Assembly: GCF_000150275.1 (NCBI RefSeq)
Contig: NW_002061055.1
Span: 3,806 to 14,323, forward strand
Length of the DNA: 10,518 bases
Source: Trichoplax adhaerens
Taxonomy: Eukaryota; Animalia; Placozoa
Reading direction: 5' to 3'
Positions 1 to 9,539 of the stretch are shown here, in pieces. The notes beneath the pieces are model-generated. The model made no database searches. It was not told where the DNA came from and worked only from the letters and a program-made list of their open reading frames with translations. Numbering within the stretch: the first letter of the stretch is position 1; every line of letters begins with the position of its first letter. A program made the position numbers and the translations under genes.

Positions 1-155
1 TGGGCAGATAAATTCTTTAAAGGATAACAAAAAAATTCTAAGAAATGAATTGCAGGCATACCAGCTACTTGTAATGTTTCAGACGAGACAGAATTGCATA
101 AAATTTCCTCTAGATCGAAAGAATGCTTCCGAGTTCACACTTTTATGTATTTTAC

Positions 156-1074
156 CGGCCTTTTTATTGAGTTTGACAGAATTGTGTAATATTTCAACGT
201 TTTTTGGTATCGTTCAGAGAAAACGAAGTTATACCAATTTTCCTTCATTTTTTCTCCAAGGAAATATAACTCGGCGGACCATTTATAGTTTATTACGGTA
301 ACATCTACAGAATTAAAGCAGATATAATTTCTGACTAAATACTGATTTCTATTACAGCACGTTGTTCACTGCTCAGCGCTTATAAAATCCTTTACTGCAA
401 TGTTTAACGAAAAAATCTATTAGGATACATTTATACTAGTGTGACAGTGTTATTTACTGTATTAGAATAGAAATATCTATGTTAAGATAATTCTATTAGC
501 CTATATTTATTAAGTTTACTTCTAATTTGAATATACTGTGTTTTAATTTAGCACTGACTTTTTATGATAGTGACACATATACACATACTGAAATTAATAG
601 TTATAATAGGGAATGTAAATCATCTGCTTACAGTTCGAATCATTGTGATTGTAACTTACTTATGCTAGATTGTAAATTATCGTGGAAATGTTCCGTGATA
701 AGACATATCGTAATCTGACGATTCTGTATTAGCCATCAGATGTCTATGTTCGTAAATACTGTTATCTGCATTAAGGGAGCAGTAGCTGTAATTAATATCT
801 AATTCAATGAATGATTCCAAAGTTAATCGTATTAACTATGACTCATAAACTATTAAGGAATAGTATATAAATGCAGTATATCGTGTAATAAAGTGGATTC
901 TGAAACTTAGTGTTTAACGTAAAATACGAGGCGTTTAAGTCTTTGTGTAGTCTGCTAGTAGAGCAAAAGCGTTTTTGATAGTGCAGATATCGTTCCTTGA
1001 TACGTTGTTAAGGAAATGACTTATTGATCGTACATTACGTTATCTTGCTGCAAAGCTGTTTTGTGACAACTAGT
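156..1074 (-). pseudogene. Decayed Lcp/mpaB-like (DUF2236) gene, copy B (downstream tandem paralog)
   Basis: Collinear minus-strand fragments: ISLTTYQGTISALSKTLLLY*QTTQRL (~930-1020); PLMQITV..RHLMANTESSDYDMSYHGT (~690-777, resembling RLMHxxVRxxL..WD...G.P), followed by a GTAAGT donor at 659-654; an open segment VTVINYKWSAELYFLGEKMKENWY..QKTLKYY (304-156). Nucleotide similarity to copy A: ATAG|GCTaatAGAATTATcttAAC (~504-480) vs ATAG|GCTAGAATTATTTGAAC (~1844-1824), and TCATAAACTATTAA at both 843-856 and 2465-2478. Confidence 0.4.
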
Positions 1075-1358
1075 CTGATATTATTAATCTACGATTACAT
1101 AGACTAAAATAGTAATCGCCTACCAGCTAATCTGGATGATATTTATCACCTCTAAGTTGTTAAGGTTCAAAGTACAATTCCTAAGTTTAGAGGGAATTTC
1201 TTAGTAGAATAGCTTTATATGTATCTGTTAAAGTATTAAGCAGTATTGATTATTTTAATACTGTTACAGTAAATTTAATAGGATTAGACTGTATATAATC
1301 TGTAGAGTTAAAATCTCTTAAGGTATTAATTTAGTTAATTCCTTATAGACGAGGTGAT

Positions 1359-2480
1359 TTATGTAGCTAAACCGGTTTTAGGTCTGAAACCTATATAAAT
1401 GGCGAGTTCGCCGACAATAAATTAGATTGTGATTTTCTAATAAATCTTGAAGGTCTTGCTGTGTTACATTCTATCTGCCTTGAAATACCAATTGTCCGGT
1501 ATTCCAAATAACGGTAGCAAAGTATCGAAACCATCCTCTCATCCTTGTTGCAAGTTAGAGCTATTGCTAGCTCGTGACATTGCTACTGGGTTAAACAGCA
1601 AAATGAGACTTTGATTAATTTACTACTTATTAATTTAATGGTACTGACCATAAACGTAGTTTTAATAGATTTATATCCTTTAATCTTTTCCGATTTGCAA
1701 AGCTATCCGCTAAATATTATACAATCTTCATCATATACAACACATTCATATTGGATACCAAGCAAATAACCAACAATCTTTCATATATTGTGTTACGGAT
1801 CTTCTGTGGATTACATAGACAAAGTTCAAATAATTCTAGCCTATACAATTGTAACAAAACTTATTATTATGATTATAGACTTTTAGCCACGTTAGTAAGA
1901 TGCACGGAAGCGTAACTTTCTATATTTATCTTATGACGTATTTAGTAGCTCGCTACTATGGACTGTCATAGTAGATTCTATCCTATAGTACTGATGACTA
2001 TATATAGTAAAGTGGTGAGTTACTATTAAGGCTAGAGGTAAAAATAGAACTGTAATTCATATATTAGAATATGCTTAGTTTAGCGAATTTTGACTGCTAA
2101 GAATAATATTCACGGAAATACTGTAGTTGGTTCCATATCGGATTAATGATGGTCGCTGTAAAATGTTGTCACTAATAATAATTTGACTATGTGTAAATCA
2201 AGGTAGAATGATGTTATACTGATTGTGGCTGTGAGCAACTTTAGACTATTCAGTACGTTCTTTCTAGAAGTCCTTGAATAGTTGTATTCCGCTAGAGTAG
2301 AGTTGTGTGTAGCCAGTCTTTGTATTAGATCTAATAAAGTCCTAATTTTCTAGAACTTTGGAATTTTCGTGATTGCATTTTATCATGACTATGTACTAAT
2401 ACTTGTCCTGGCATTAAACGGTGACATTGATAAAACAAACATTTAAATATATCGTTTCATGTGATCATAAACTATTAATT
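1359..2480 (-). pseudogene. Decayed Lcp/mpaB-like (DUF2236) gene, copy A, interrupted by a repeat
   Basis: Minus strand: RLMPGQV at 2420-2400 (resembles RLMHxxV). After the repeat, an acceptor-like TTGTATAG| at 1841, then TEDP*HNI*KIVGYLLGIQYE (~1807-1745; resembles EExxAYxHxWRxVGYLLGI). The same frame continues to QCHELAIAL (~1582-1556; resembles PxxxSxxLAxAL), and LFGIPDNWYF (~1510-1480) lies in a shifted frame. Multiple in-frame stops. Confidence 0.5.
1850..2376 (+). repeat. Unclassified interspersed repeat, copy 1 (inverted partner at 6381-6920)
   Basis: Aligns by eye to the reverse complement of ~6381-6920 over its whole length with indels. The best block, 1983-2072 vs revcomp 6707-6796, has 80/90 identities without gaps. 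Further matching blocks are 2101-2160 vs ~6620-6678 and 2292-2375 vs 6381-6463. Confidence 0.9.
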
Positions 2481-2576
2481 TATCCTAAATAATAATGTGC
2501 ACTATCAGTAAATTTTGTAGCAAATTAAAATTCGACTTCTCTATGTGCATACTCTTGACGTATCGAAGAATAATTT

Positions 2577-3760
2577 TTAAAATAGCTGACTCTCATTCTC
2601 GGTAGGGTATAGCCAGGATTTCGAATTTTCCCTTAATAGCTTTTTTGAAGCTTTTTTGATATCCTGATCAAATACAAATAGTGAAGCTGGATTGACAATC
2701 GATATTGCGACTGTAGTTGTAAACGCAAAAAATATCATAGCAAAATAAACTGAGCTTATGTTTTATCTCCCTCTGTGAATGTGCCGTAAGCGCTAAGCAT
2801 AACATTGTAACAAAAAATGGCTTAGTTACAAATACGTCTAAAGCGGTTATTACTATTAATGTTTTTATTGATTTTCGTTTTCTTAATTCCTTATAATTAT
2901 CAACCAAATGCTTCGGTTGAACATAACTTTTCATGTAGCGAGCAATTTTTCAGTATGTTAATATTAAAAATGTCGACGAAACAAAGTATGGTGTCACGGC
3001 AAGGACAACTAAAAAATTGAAACGTTTCGGATGATGATAGAAATATCACAAAACATCGATTCGTCATCATGGGCACTTCCAAAATCAAAGAAAGGTAAAG
3101 ATATTCAAACGGAGATGACCATTATCAGAATTTATATAATCGAAATCGAACATAGAAGCATCTGCCACGGTACAAACCACCGTGAAGAGTAAATAACTAA
3201 ATTTCGTGGTCAACATTTACATATGGAGATAGCTAATAATGAGCGACAGTAAGAACGACGGTAGTTAGTATTTTGTTGCAGTAAATTATGCTGCACTGCA
3301 GTTAGAGTTCTCATAAGCTTACTAATGTTAATTGATTATAGTATTCTGTCTTATATCTCTTATCTTGTGATGAATATTCTTAAGATATTCAATTATAGAG
3401 GTTACTATAAATAATTCTGTGTATGGACATACTGTAATCTAATTATCTAGAATCTTTCAGTACATATCTAAGATTATGAATAATTTCTGCATTGATTTAG
3501 CTATCCTATATGAACTAAATTTCGTGAACTGTTATGACTCGTATATGATAGCAGGTGCCGAAGAGTATTTAAGCTCGGCAGATGGCAGATAGCAGCTGTA
3601 GAGGAGCAATTGATGATAATTTGTATAGGTTGTATAGAATTGCTATCGCGGAGGCTAAGTCGACTATTAGGTTTATCTTAGCCGTTTTCGACTGATATTA
3701 TGAGGAGAAGAAATTGGAATTCTTCTCTGACGGACAATGCACGGACGTAAATAAACTTAA
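2577..3760 (-). pseudogene. Rhodopsin-like (class A) GPCR pseudogene
   Basis: Ordered minus-strand motifs: ICL1 CIVRQRR (~3740-3720); TM2 INLIVDLASAIAILY (D at 3661-3659); TM3 start SAICRA*ILFGTC (C at 3580-3578, 27 residues after the TM2 Asp as in class A receptors); TM4 SISII*ILIMVISV*ISLPFFDFG (~3150-3080); ECL2 Cys in ESMFCDIS; a frameshift in the T-run at 3011-3016; TM5 LVVLAVTPYFVSSTFLILTY*KIARY; TM6 RKSIKTLIVITALDVFVTKPFFVTML (inside supplied ORF 2668..2934); a frameshift at ~2770; TM7/helix 8 AISIVNPASLFVFDQDIKKASKKLLR; stop TAA at 2579-2577. Confidence 0.8.
3160..3552. repeat. Repeat-like insertion replacing most of GPCR TM3/ICL2
   Basis: AT-rich, stop-ridden segment between the TM3 start and TM4. 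It contains the exact 14-bp direct repeat AACTAAATTTCGTG (3195-3208, 3513-3526) and begins with ATCTGCCACGGT-N7-ACCGTGA, which recurs at 6166-6193. Confidence 0.45.
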
Positions 3761-3789
3761 TTTTACAAGTTTATTATTCGGTGTTGACT

Positions 3790-5850
3790 ATTTTGTGTCA
3801 CATTAGGGATTAGCACGTTTTGAACAACTCCGAATTTTGAGATGACAGGTTACGAACCTATTGCTAACAACCCGTACACTACATGCGGCGGTGAAGCAAA
3901 TTGGATGGGATTCTTTGAAAGCAACAATTTCGTAACATAGAGTAAGAATAAAGGTAGACATAGACCAGAAATGCCAAATAAAATATAGGATAGCACGACT
4001 TATAGGCTAGCACCCTCCTGCTGCTATTTATTTCGTTCATTATCATGGTTATTCTCATATGGTTTATAAAATGCTAATGAAACTAATAGTTAAAGCAGAT
4101 TTTTAATTCGTTTGTTTAGTCTAGCTAATTTGTGATAGTATGTAATACATAACCATTACTTTATAAGCTGTAAATTACATTACCAGTTTTATGCCTTCAT
4201 TACCTATGAACTTGCAAACAACATTCGCTGAAAATTTTCTAATCTATAAAAAGAAGTTGATATCATCAGGTAACAGAAGAAAGAATAAATTGTATCTTTC
4301 TGAGTTAAGGATCATTAAAGTAACTACAACATATAATGAATAAAAGCATCAAAAAACAAATCAAACTCAAAGTTAATTAGTCAACTGTAAATAATAGTAA
4401 AATATACTCCTATAGCTCTAAGGCCATAATAAAAATTTTTAAAGATATATCAAATTTGTACCATTCGATTATTTGTTATTAACAGACAACGACTATAATA
4501 ATATACTTTTTGCATAAGAGGCCTTCAAAAAATAAGATCCATATTTAAATTAATTTTCAGTACTGTCGAAGACATTCAATTTCTGCTTAGAATATACAGA
4601 TTGAAAACATTAAATCTGTGACATAGATGAAGACAAAATGTATGGACAAATTTTACGTACTTTTCTTTTCGTGATTAGCTTAACCGGCGATCTCCTCTAC
4701 ACATACGTTCTGCTTGGAATCCCCTGTAAGACACAAGCATTAGTCTATTCTTTCTAATTCTATAAAGACCTTCGCAGCTAGAAGTGCACTCTAAAATGCA
4801 TCTAAAGCGACAAAATGTAACTATTCCTACTGTTAAAGTCAAAAAAATTTAAATCAACATTTAAAATTTTTTAATTTTTTTCTAGAACCAAATTACTTTA
4901 GTCTATCATCAAATTCAAACACCTAGAACTCTTTAGAACTCTTATCTAAGGTTTTGAAAATACATTAATATTATGTTTTTGACCTTTATAGAGCATCTAC
5001 TTGTTAATGCAACCTTTAAGATACCAAGAAAAATAGTAAATGTTGCTCATTTAGGAGCATGCATAATTTCGCAATTAAAAATATCTGAATTATTGTGTTA
5101 TTTGAATATAAAAATAAGCAAGAAAATGACAATATGCCTCGAATAGCATATTATAATAACATTAAATGGGGTGCAAAGAGTGATCTTAAGATTCACTCTA
5201 TATAGATATTTCATATATCTAGCCTACATAAAATCGTGAAAATGTCAAAAATCTACGATATTGAAATTTTTACGCCATTTCCATAAAATTTATTATGATT
5301 TTTATAGCACAAATTTTACGAAATAGCTCAAGCTTATCGTTAGTTTATAATGAAAGGTTATGATGTCAGAAATCAAGTTTATTGGTAATTTTATTAGGGA
5401 TATCAGAGGTTCGGTTAGAAAATTAGATGCATCAACAATGTATACCAGACATTAATTATTTACATATATCAACGTATTTAGATTATATTTTACGCGTATT
5501 TTGCGTTTCGATAACTTTGATTTCATGTTTCTATTGATCCCTGACATTAGCAAGGATTAATAACTTCGCTTAATAGGAAAAATCGAGGGCATACTAATTT
5601 AAATCTTAGATATGGTTTAGGAAATAAAACGTTAAAGTTCTATTTGTTACATTATTGTATATGGTAAATCTTGCTTTAAGGATTATTAACAGATAATCAT
5701 CTTCGGAAGTAAATCAAATTTAATCGGACTATAATTTAATTTTAATTCTTTACCGATAAAATAGCTTTAAGTTGGCTTTGAATACGATTTAATTATTTCC
5801 TCTAATAGATAAATATTTGAAGGAATTCTCGAACGAGTCTGCCAATTTCC
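3790..5850 (-). pseudogene. Leucine-rich-repeat-containing GPCR (LGR-type) pseudogene
   Basis: Ordered minus-strand relics: LRR-like KYLSIRGNN (5818-5792); a 70-nt LRR-like exon after CAG| at 5540-5471 (D..KHEIKVIETQ...NLNTL); hinge SSCEGL (4782-4765; LGR SSCEDL); TM1 NVCV; TM2 VTDLMFSICIF (~4622-4590); W......LLCK (4541-4509); IEWY (4469-4458; ERY with CGG>TGG); TM4 FTIIYS*LI (TGA at 4383-4381); ECL2 GGC*PI (4018-4001; LGR CLP); TM5 LSYILFGISGLC/TFILTLCY; TM7 ANP*CDT (3814-3794; ANPxxYT). Many stops and frameshifts. Confidence 0.6.
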
Positions 5851-6165
5851 ATATATAATTAATTAAATATATATAATAGTAGTGTTGGTTTCAAAAAAAA
5901 ATAAAATTTTCTATATTAAATTAAACTATCAACAATTTATGTTCACACAAAATAAATCAGGGGAAAAGCATGACTTCATTATAACTTAAACAACAATGTT
6001 AGCAAAACTTCTACGAATAATAAATACTGGTAGAACTACTGTCCCAACCAATCAAACCATCAATTAATGAGGTAACCCATGATCATCCTAGACTTTTTTC
6101 GTCTTCTCTAACTTCAACTGCGCCGCCTTTCATTTGCTACGCAGAGCAGTTAGTGGTGTTAGACT

Positions 6166-6193
6166 ATCTGCCACGGTTGTGAATCTACCGTGA
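6166..6193. repeat. Short hairpin-bearing motif shared with 3160-3185
   Basis: ATCTGCCACGGT-tgtgaatct-ACCGTGA vs ATCTGCCACGGT-acaaacc-ACCGTGA: 12-bp and 7-bp exact matches forming a CACGGT/ACCGTG stem with different loops, followed by weak similarity for ~35 bp downstream. Confidence 0.6.
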
Positions 6194-6380
6194 TGAATGA
6201 TATCTTACTTAATTTAGACATGTATATGCATCACGATAAGATAGTTTTTAATTTGGATATGTGCATGAACTATTTTAGGACTTGATATAGCCGATACAAA
6301 CTTGTTCCTAATACAGGTTAAATTATACATATAAACTAACAGAGGTGACAGTATAAACATTTTGCTAATGCGATATATAC

Positions 6381-6920
6381 CAATCACGAAATTCCAAATT
6401 TTAGAAAAATAAGGGCTTTATTGAATCTTATACAAAGATTTACTACACACAGCTCTACTCTAGTCGAATGCTACTACTAAAGACTTCTACAACGAACTAA
6501 CAGAATAATCTAAAGTTGCATACTTTTATACTTTTCGTAGCATTTGCAGCTACAATCCGCATGGCAACCTTTTACCTTATTTTAAACTTAGTTAAATTAT
6601 TCTTAGTAAGACTGTTCTACTGCGGACCATCATTAATCCAATATGGATACGACTACAGTATTTACGTAGACATTATTCACACCAGCCAAAGTACAATGAA
6701 TTAACTATATTCTAATATATGATTTACAGTTCTATTTTTACCTACAGCCTTATTAGTAACTCAACAGCTTACTGTATATAGTCATCTGTACTCTAGTATA
6801 GAGTCTATACCACTACAGTCTATAGTTTTAGCTACCAAACATCTCTTAGGATAAATATCTACCGTACATTATACTACACATGGCTAACAGTCTACAATCA
6901 CAGTTCTAAGTCACATTACA
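6381..6920 (-). repeat. Unclassified interspersed repeat, copy 2 (inverted relative to 1850-2376)
   Basis: The reverse complement aligns to 1850-2376 (see copy 1). The supplied ORF 6516..6704 lies inside it and is not conserved in copy 1. Confidence 0.9.
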
Positions 6921-7946
6921 GCTAAATTGCATGGTTAATCTTTAGTCCATATCTTACCTTTCTCTTTCTGTAGTATGGCCGATAATGGTAACTGAATTTC
7001 GTAATATATTAAAAAAATAGTGTAAAGTTTCAGTTCTTAGCTGGTAACTTATTATATGTTCCGAGTTAAAATACTTTATTTGCAAATAAATATCGACACT
7101 AAAGAAACATTTCATCGAATTCTCGAGTATAGCTGCACAATAATGTCGGAAAGATTAGTTTTCTCAATATTTTAAAGTGTAATTAAGGCTTTTGAAAGCC
7201 TAGTCCCCACAAGTTCTAAATAAAATGACGGACAAGAAAGTGCTAAAATTAAGAGATAGGAATTCCTTGATTTTCGAAATAACCGCCACTCTTCTTGTAG
7301 TGTTTACTTCTAAATATGGTATTGTCTATTTTGAATGAAACGTTAATTTCCACTAGACTGTAACGTAAGTCTAAATCTGCTTAACTTATATTTAACAATT
7401 TACGTTGTGGAAATCTCTTAGACACCAGCTAGATTAAACCGTAGCATTAACTTTATATAGGAGTAATATATTATTATAAATCCTCCCTGTGTAGTAAAGG
7501 ACTAAAAGTAGAGTCCTTTGTAACTTTTGGTATGAACCTAGTATTATTTACTATAGAAAATACCTAGAAAGTGATAGTGTCTTTAAGTTTTACCCTGCCA
7601 AATCATCATGTCGCCGTCTTTTCTTCTTCATTATTTTACAAGGTATTGTATAGATTACTATACAAGTAGCCCTAGAGCAATTGCCTAATCCAAAGAAAGG
7701 GCATATGATCGTCTATTCAAATTGTAAAGGAATTTGACTTAGTAACAAAACCCTATACTTAGAGAAAGGGGATTTATAACATGACGGTAAAGCACTCTAA
7801 TGTAGTCTATAATCGTACAGTTACTGTACAATCTGACTCTAAAATATCAACTGTCAATACTCAGCGATACTAATGTCAGAAAAGTAGTCGTGATTGTCAT
7901 ATAAAATTTTTTTGATATGCGATATAGCGATTAGTGTGATCTTTAT

Positions 7947-8127
7947 AAAATCCGGATTTTTCGGATTCGAATTCAGGAACCGGTCGAATTTATGTCCGAT
8001 ATAATTTTCCTGTTTTAATTTTTGGATTTTTGTTCATGAAAAATATCGTAAGAATTGATTTTTGAAATTTGGACTTTTTGTTATGAATATAAAACTTTGG
8101 AATTTTATGACGTGACTTGAAAGTCAC
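7947..8127 (+). promoter_or_regulatory. Possible promoter region: CpG/palindrome cluster preceding a G/T-skewed tract
   Basis: Perfect palindrome AAAATCCGGATTTT (7947-7960), ATTCGAAT (7965-7972), ACCGGT (7979-7984), CRE-like TGACGTGA (8108-8115) and inverted repeat GTGACT-tgaa-AGTCAC (8112-8127). The plus strand becomes markedly C-poor and G/T-rich over ~8010-8420. Confidence 0.3.
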
Positions 8128-8454
8128 AATAGGAGAGTTTAGTCAGGAAAATAGAAAATAAGATGGAAATTGGCAGATGTTGTGTAGATTGTTAAGTAGT
8201 TATACTGTTGTTTTTATGACTAAATCTTGATATTTAAAGGTTGATTTTTAGACTTTTATAGTGTAATAATGATAGAAATTAAGTTAGAAGTGAAGTTTGA
8301 TGTAATTTCATAATTAACTTGTTGGTTTTATAGTGTTTTGTAAGGGAATCATAGGGTAAATTGTATCTGAACTTTGAATGATTTTGTTTTCTTAAATGGT
8401 GCAAAGTAGTTTTCTAAAATGGATCTTAAGAGCTATTGGTTAGCAAATGTTTAG

Positions 8455-8583
8455 TTTTAAATACCTCTAACGGCTCTGCGAAACCTATGAATGATAGTGC
8501 AATTAGAAAATTTAGAGGGAGAGTAGAAGAAGATTCTTTTGAAGAACTTGTTGAATTTAAAAGGCCTTCGGGGTCGAATTGTC
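8455..8583 (+). other. Candidate exon (LNTSNGSAKPMNDSAIRKFRGRVEEDSFEELVEFKRPSGSNC), product unknown
   Basis: TTTAG| at 8454, an open purine-rich frame with ATG at 8487, and a consensus donor |GTAAGT at 8584. Confidence 0.3.
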
Positions 8584-9132
8584 GTAAGTTAAAACGTTGT
8601 TCTTTTTGAAAGGTTGTTTGCTCTTTGACAGTTTTTAAGTCTGTCACTTATTTTATTAATACTTAAAATTAAGTATTTGTAAGGTTTTTCGGTTTATACT
8701 TCTCTCCATTTTTTTTAATAAATTGTTGTTCGGTTATTTCCCCAAATTTTATTTGGTGTCAAAGTATTAGCGTTAAGTCGATCGAAGTGGAACGAAAGTA
8801 GAATCAAAGTTTGTTAAAGTTTTGTAACTTGATCTCTACACTTTTCATTCCATTACACGTGTCTATAAGCAATTTCCTGCTGTTATGCTCTTAACATTAT
8901 AAAAGCTATCTTCTTTCGCCTATCTCATTAGTTAATTCTGGTCGTTACATGGTAAGCTTACATGCTTTACCTATTCTACAGTACTATAGTTATTCGACTA
9001 GTTACATTGTTACTCGCACGATAATCTTACATAAGCTCTATAAAAATTACTATTCCGTTAACCATTCTATCATATTTTATTGCGACTAACGCCGAACTCT
9101 CAACCCTCCGAAACATCACACTTATTTTACAG

Positions 9133-9212
9133 TTATGATAGAGGGTTCAAAGAATCAGCGGCTGCGGACTTAGTTACCGTTTACAGACAATATGCAAGGG
9201 ATTTTAATAAAG
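9133..9212 (+). other. Candidate 80-nt internal exon (YDRGFKESAAADLVTVYRQYARDFNK), product unknown
   Basis: Branch-like GACTAAC (9084-9090), acceptor CTTATTTTACAG| (9132), donor AAG|GTAAAT (9213). Only one frame is open, and it matches supplied ORF 9080..9265. Confidence 0.4.
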
Positions 9213-9539
9213 GTAAATACTTTATTCTTGATAGTAATGGAGGTAGCTGTCGTGAAGTGACGTGAGAAAGTACCGCTACTACAAATAAAGCAACTTATCA
9301 AATCCGAGGCAAAAATCATCAGTATTTATAGATTTAGAGAGAGAACACATGCAGAGAACAGTATTGTAGAATTAGATACATCATATACCATAAACAGACT
9401 ATATAATACTAAATGATTGTAGGAAATAGCGAAGACTGTGTGTGATATAAATAACTAAACATGACATTCTATATTTGAGCGTAGATAAAATAGTCTGTAG
9501 AGGTACCTATATTTAGAACAAAACAAAATGTCTATATTT

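Noticed and set aside
1634-1915. 93-codon stop-free plus-strand frame
   Set aside because: It has no ATG start, is antisense to the DUF2236 relic and runs into the repeat; such a length is attainable by chance.
3157-3593. MITE with 8-bp terminal inverted repeat ATCTGCCA/TGGCAGAT and AGC target duplication
   Set aside because: The right-hand repeat falls inside the correctly spaced GPCR TM3 start (SAICR), so it is more likely coincidental.
3805-3885. GVVQNVLI as TM1 of the class A GPCR
   Set aside because: It overlaps the LGR TM6-TM7 relic (ANP) and is too far from TM2. The assignment is ambiguous, so it was not claimed.
4204-6991. Minus-strand micro-exon chain 6958-6991, 4707-4723, 4204-4243 splicing in frame to 156-304
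   Set aside because: The phases are compatible but weakly constraining. Two of the pieces lie within the LGR relic, and 6958-6991 has equally good splice signals on the opposite strand, so chance is likely.
7186-7201. Hairpin AGGCTTT-tg-AAAGCCT as a terminator
   Set aside because: Isolated 7-bp stem with no upstream gene or U-tract, in a eukaryotic context.
5838-8177. 15-bp inverted match TCTGCCAATTTCCAT (5838-5852) / ATGGAAATTGGCAGA (8163-8177)
   Set aside because: No extension of similarity, no target duplication and no transposase between them; cannot be supported as element ends.
50-8647. Supplied ORFs 50..301, 527..718, 2900..3088, 6516..6704 and 8426..8647 as real genes
   Set aside because: They are short with no recognisable family, and lie antisense to or out of frame with better-supported relics, or inside a repeat.
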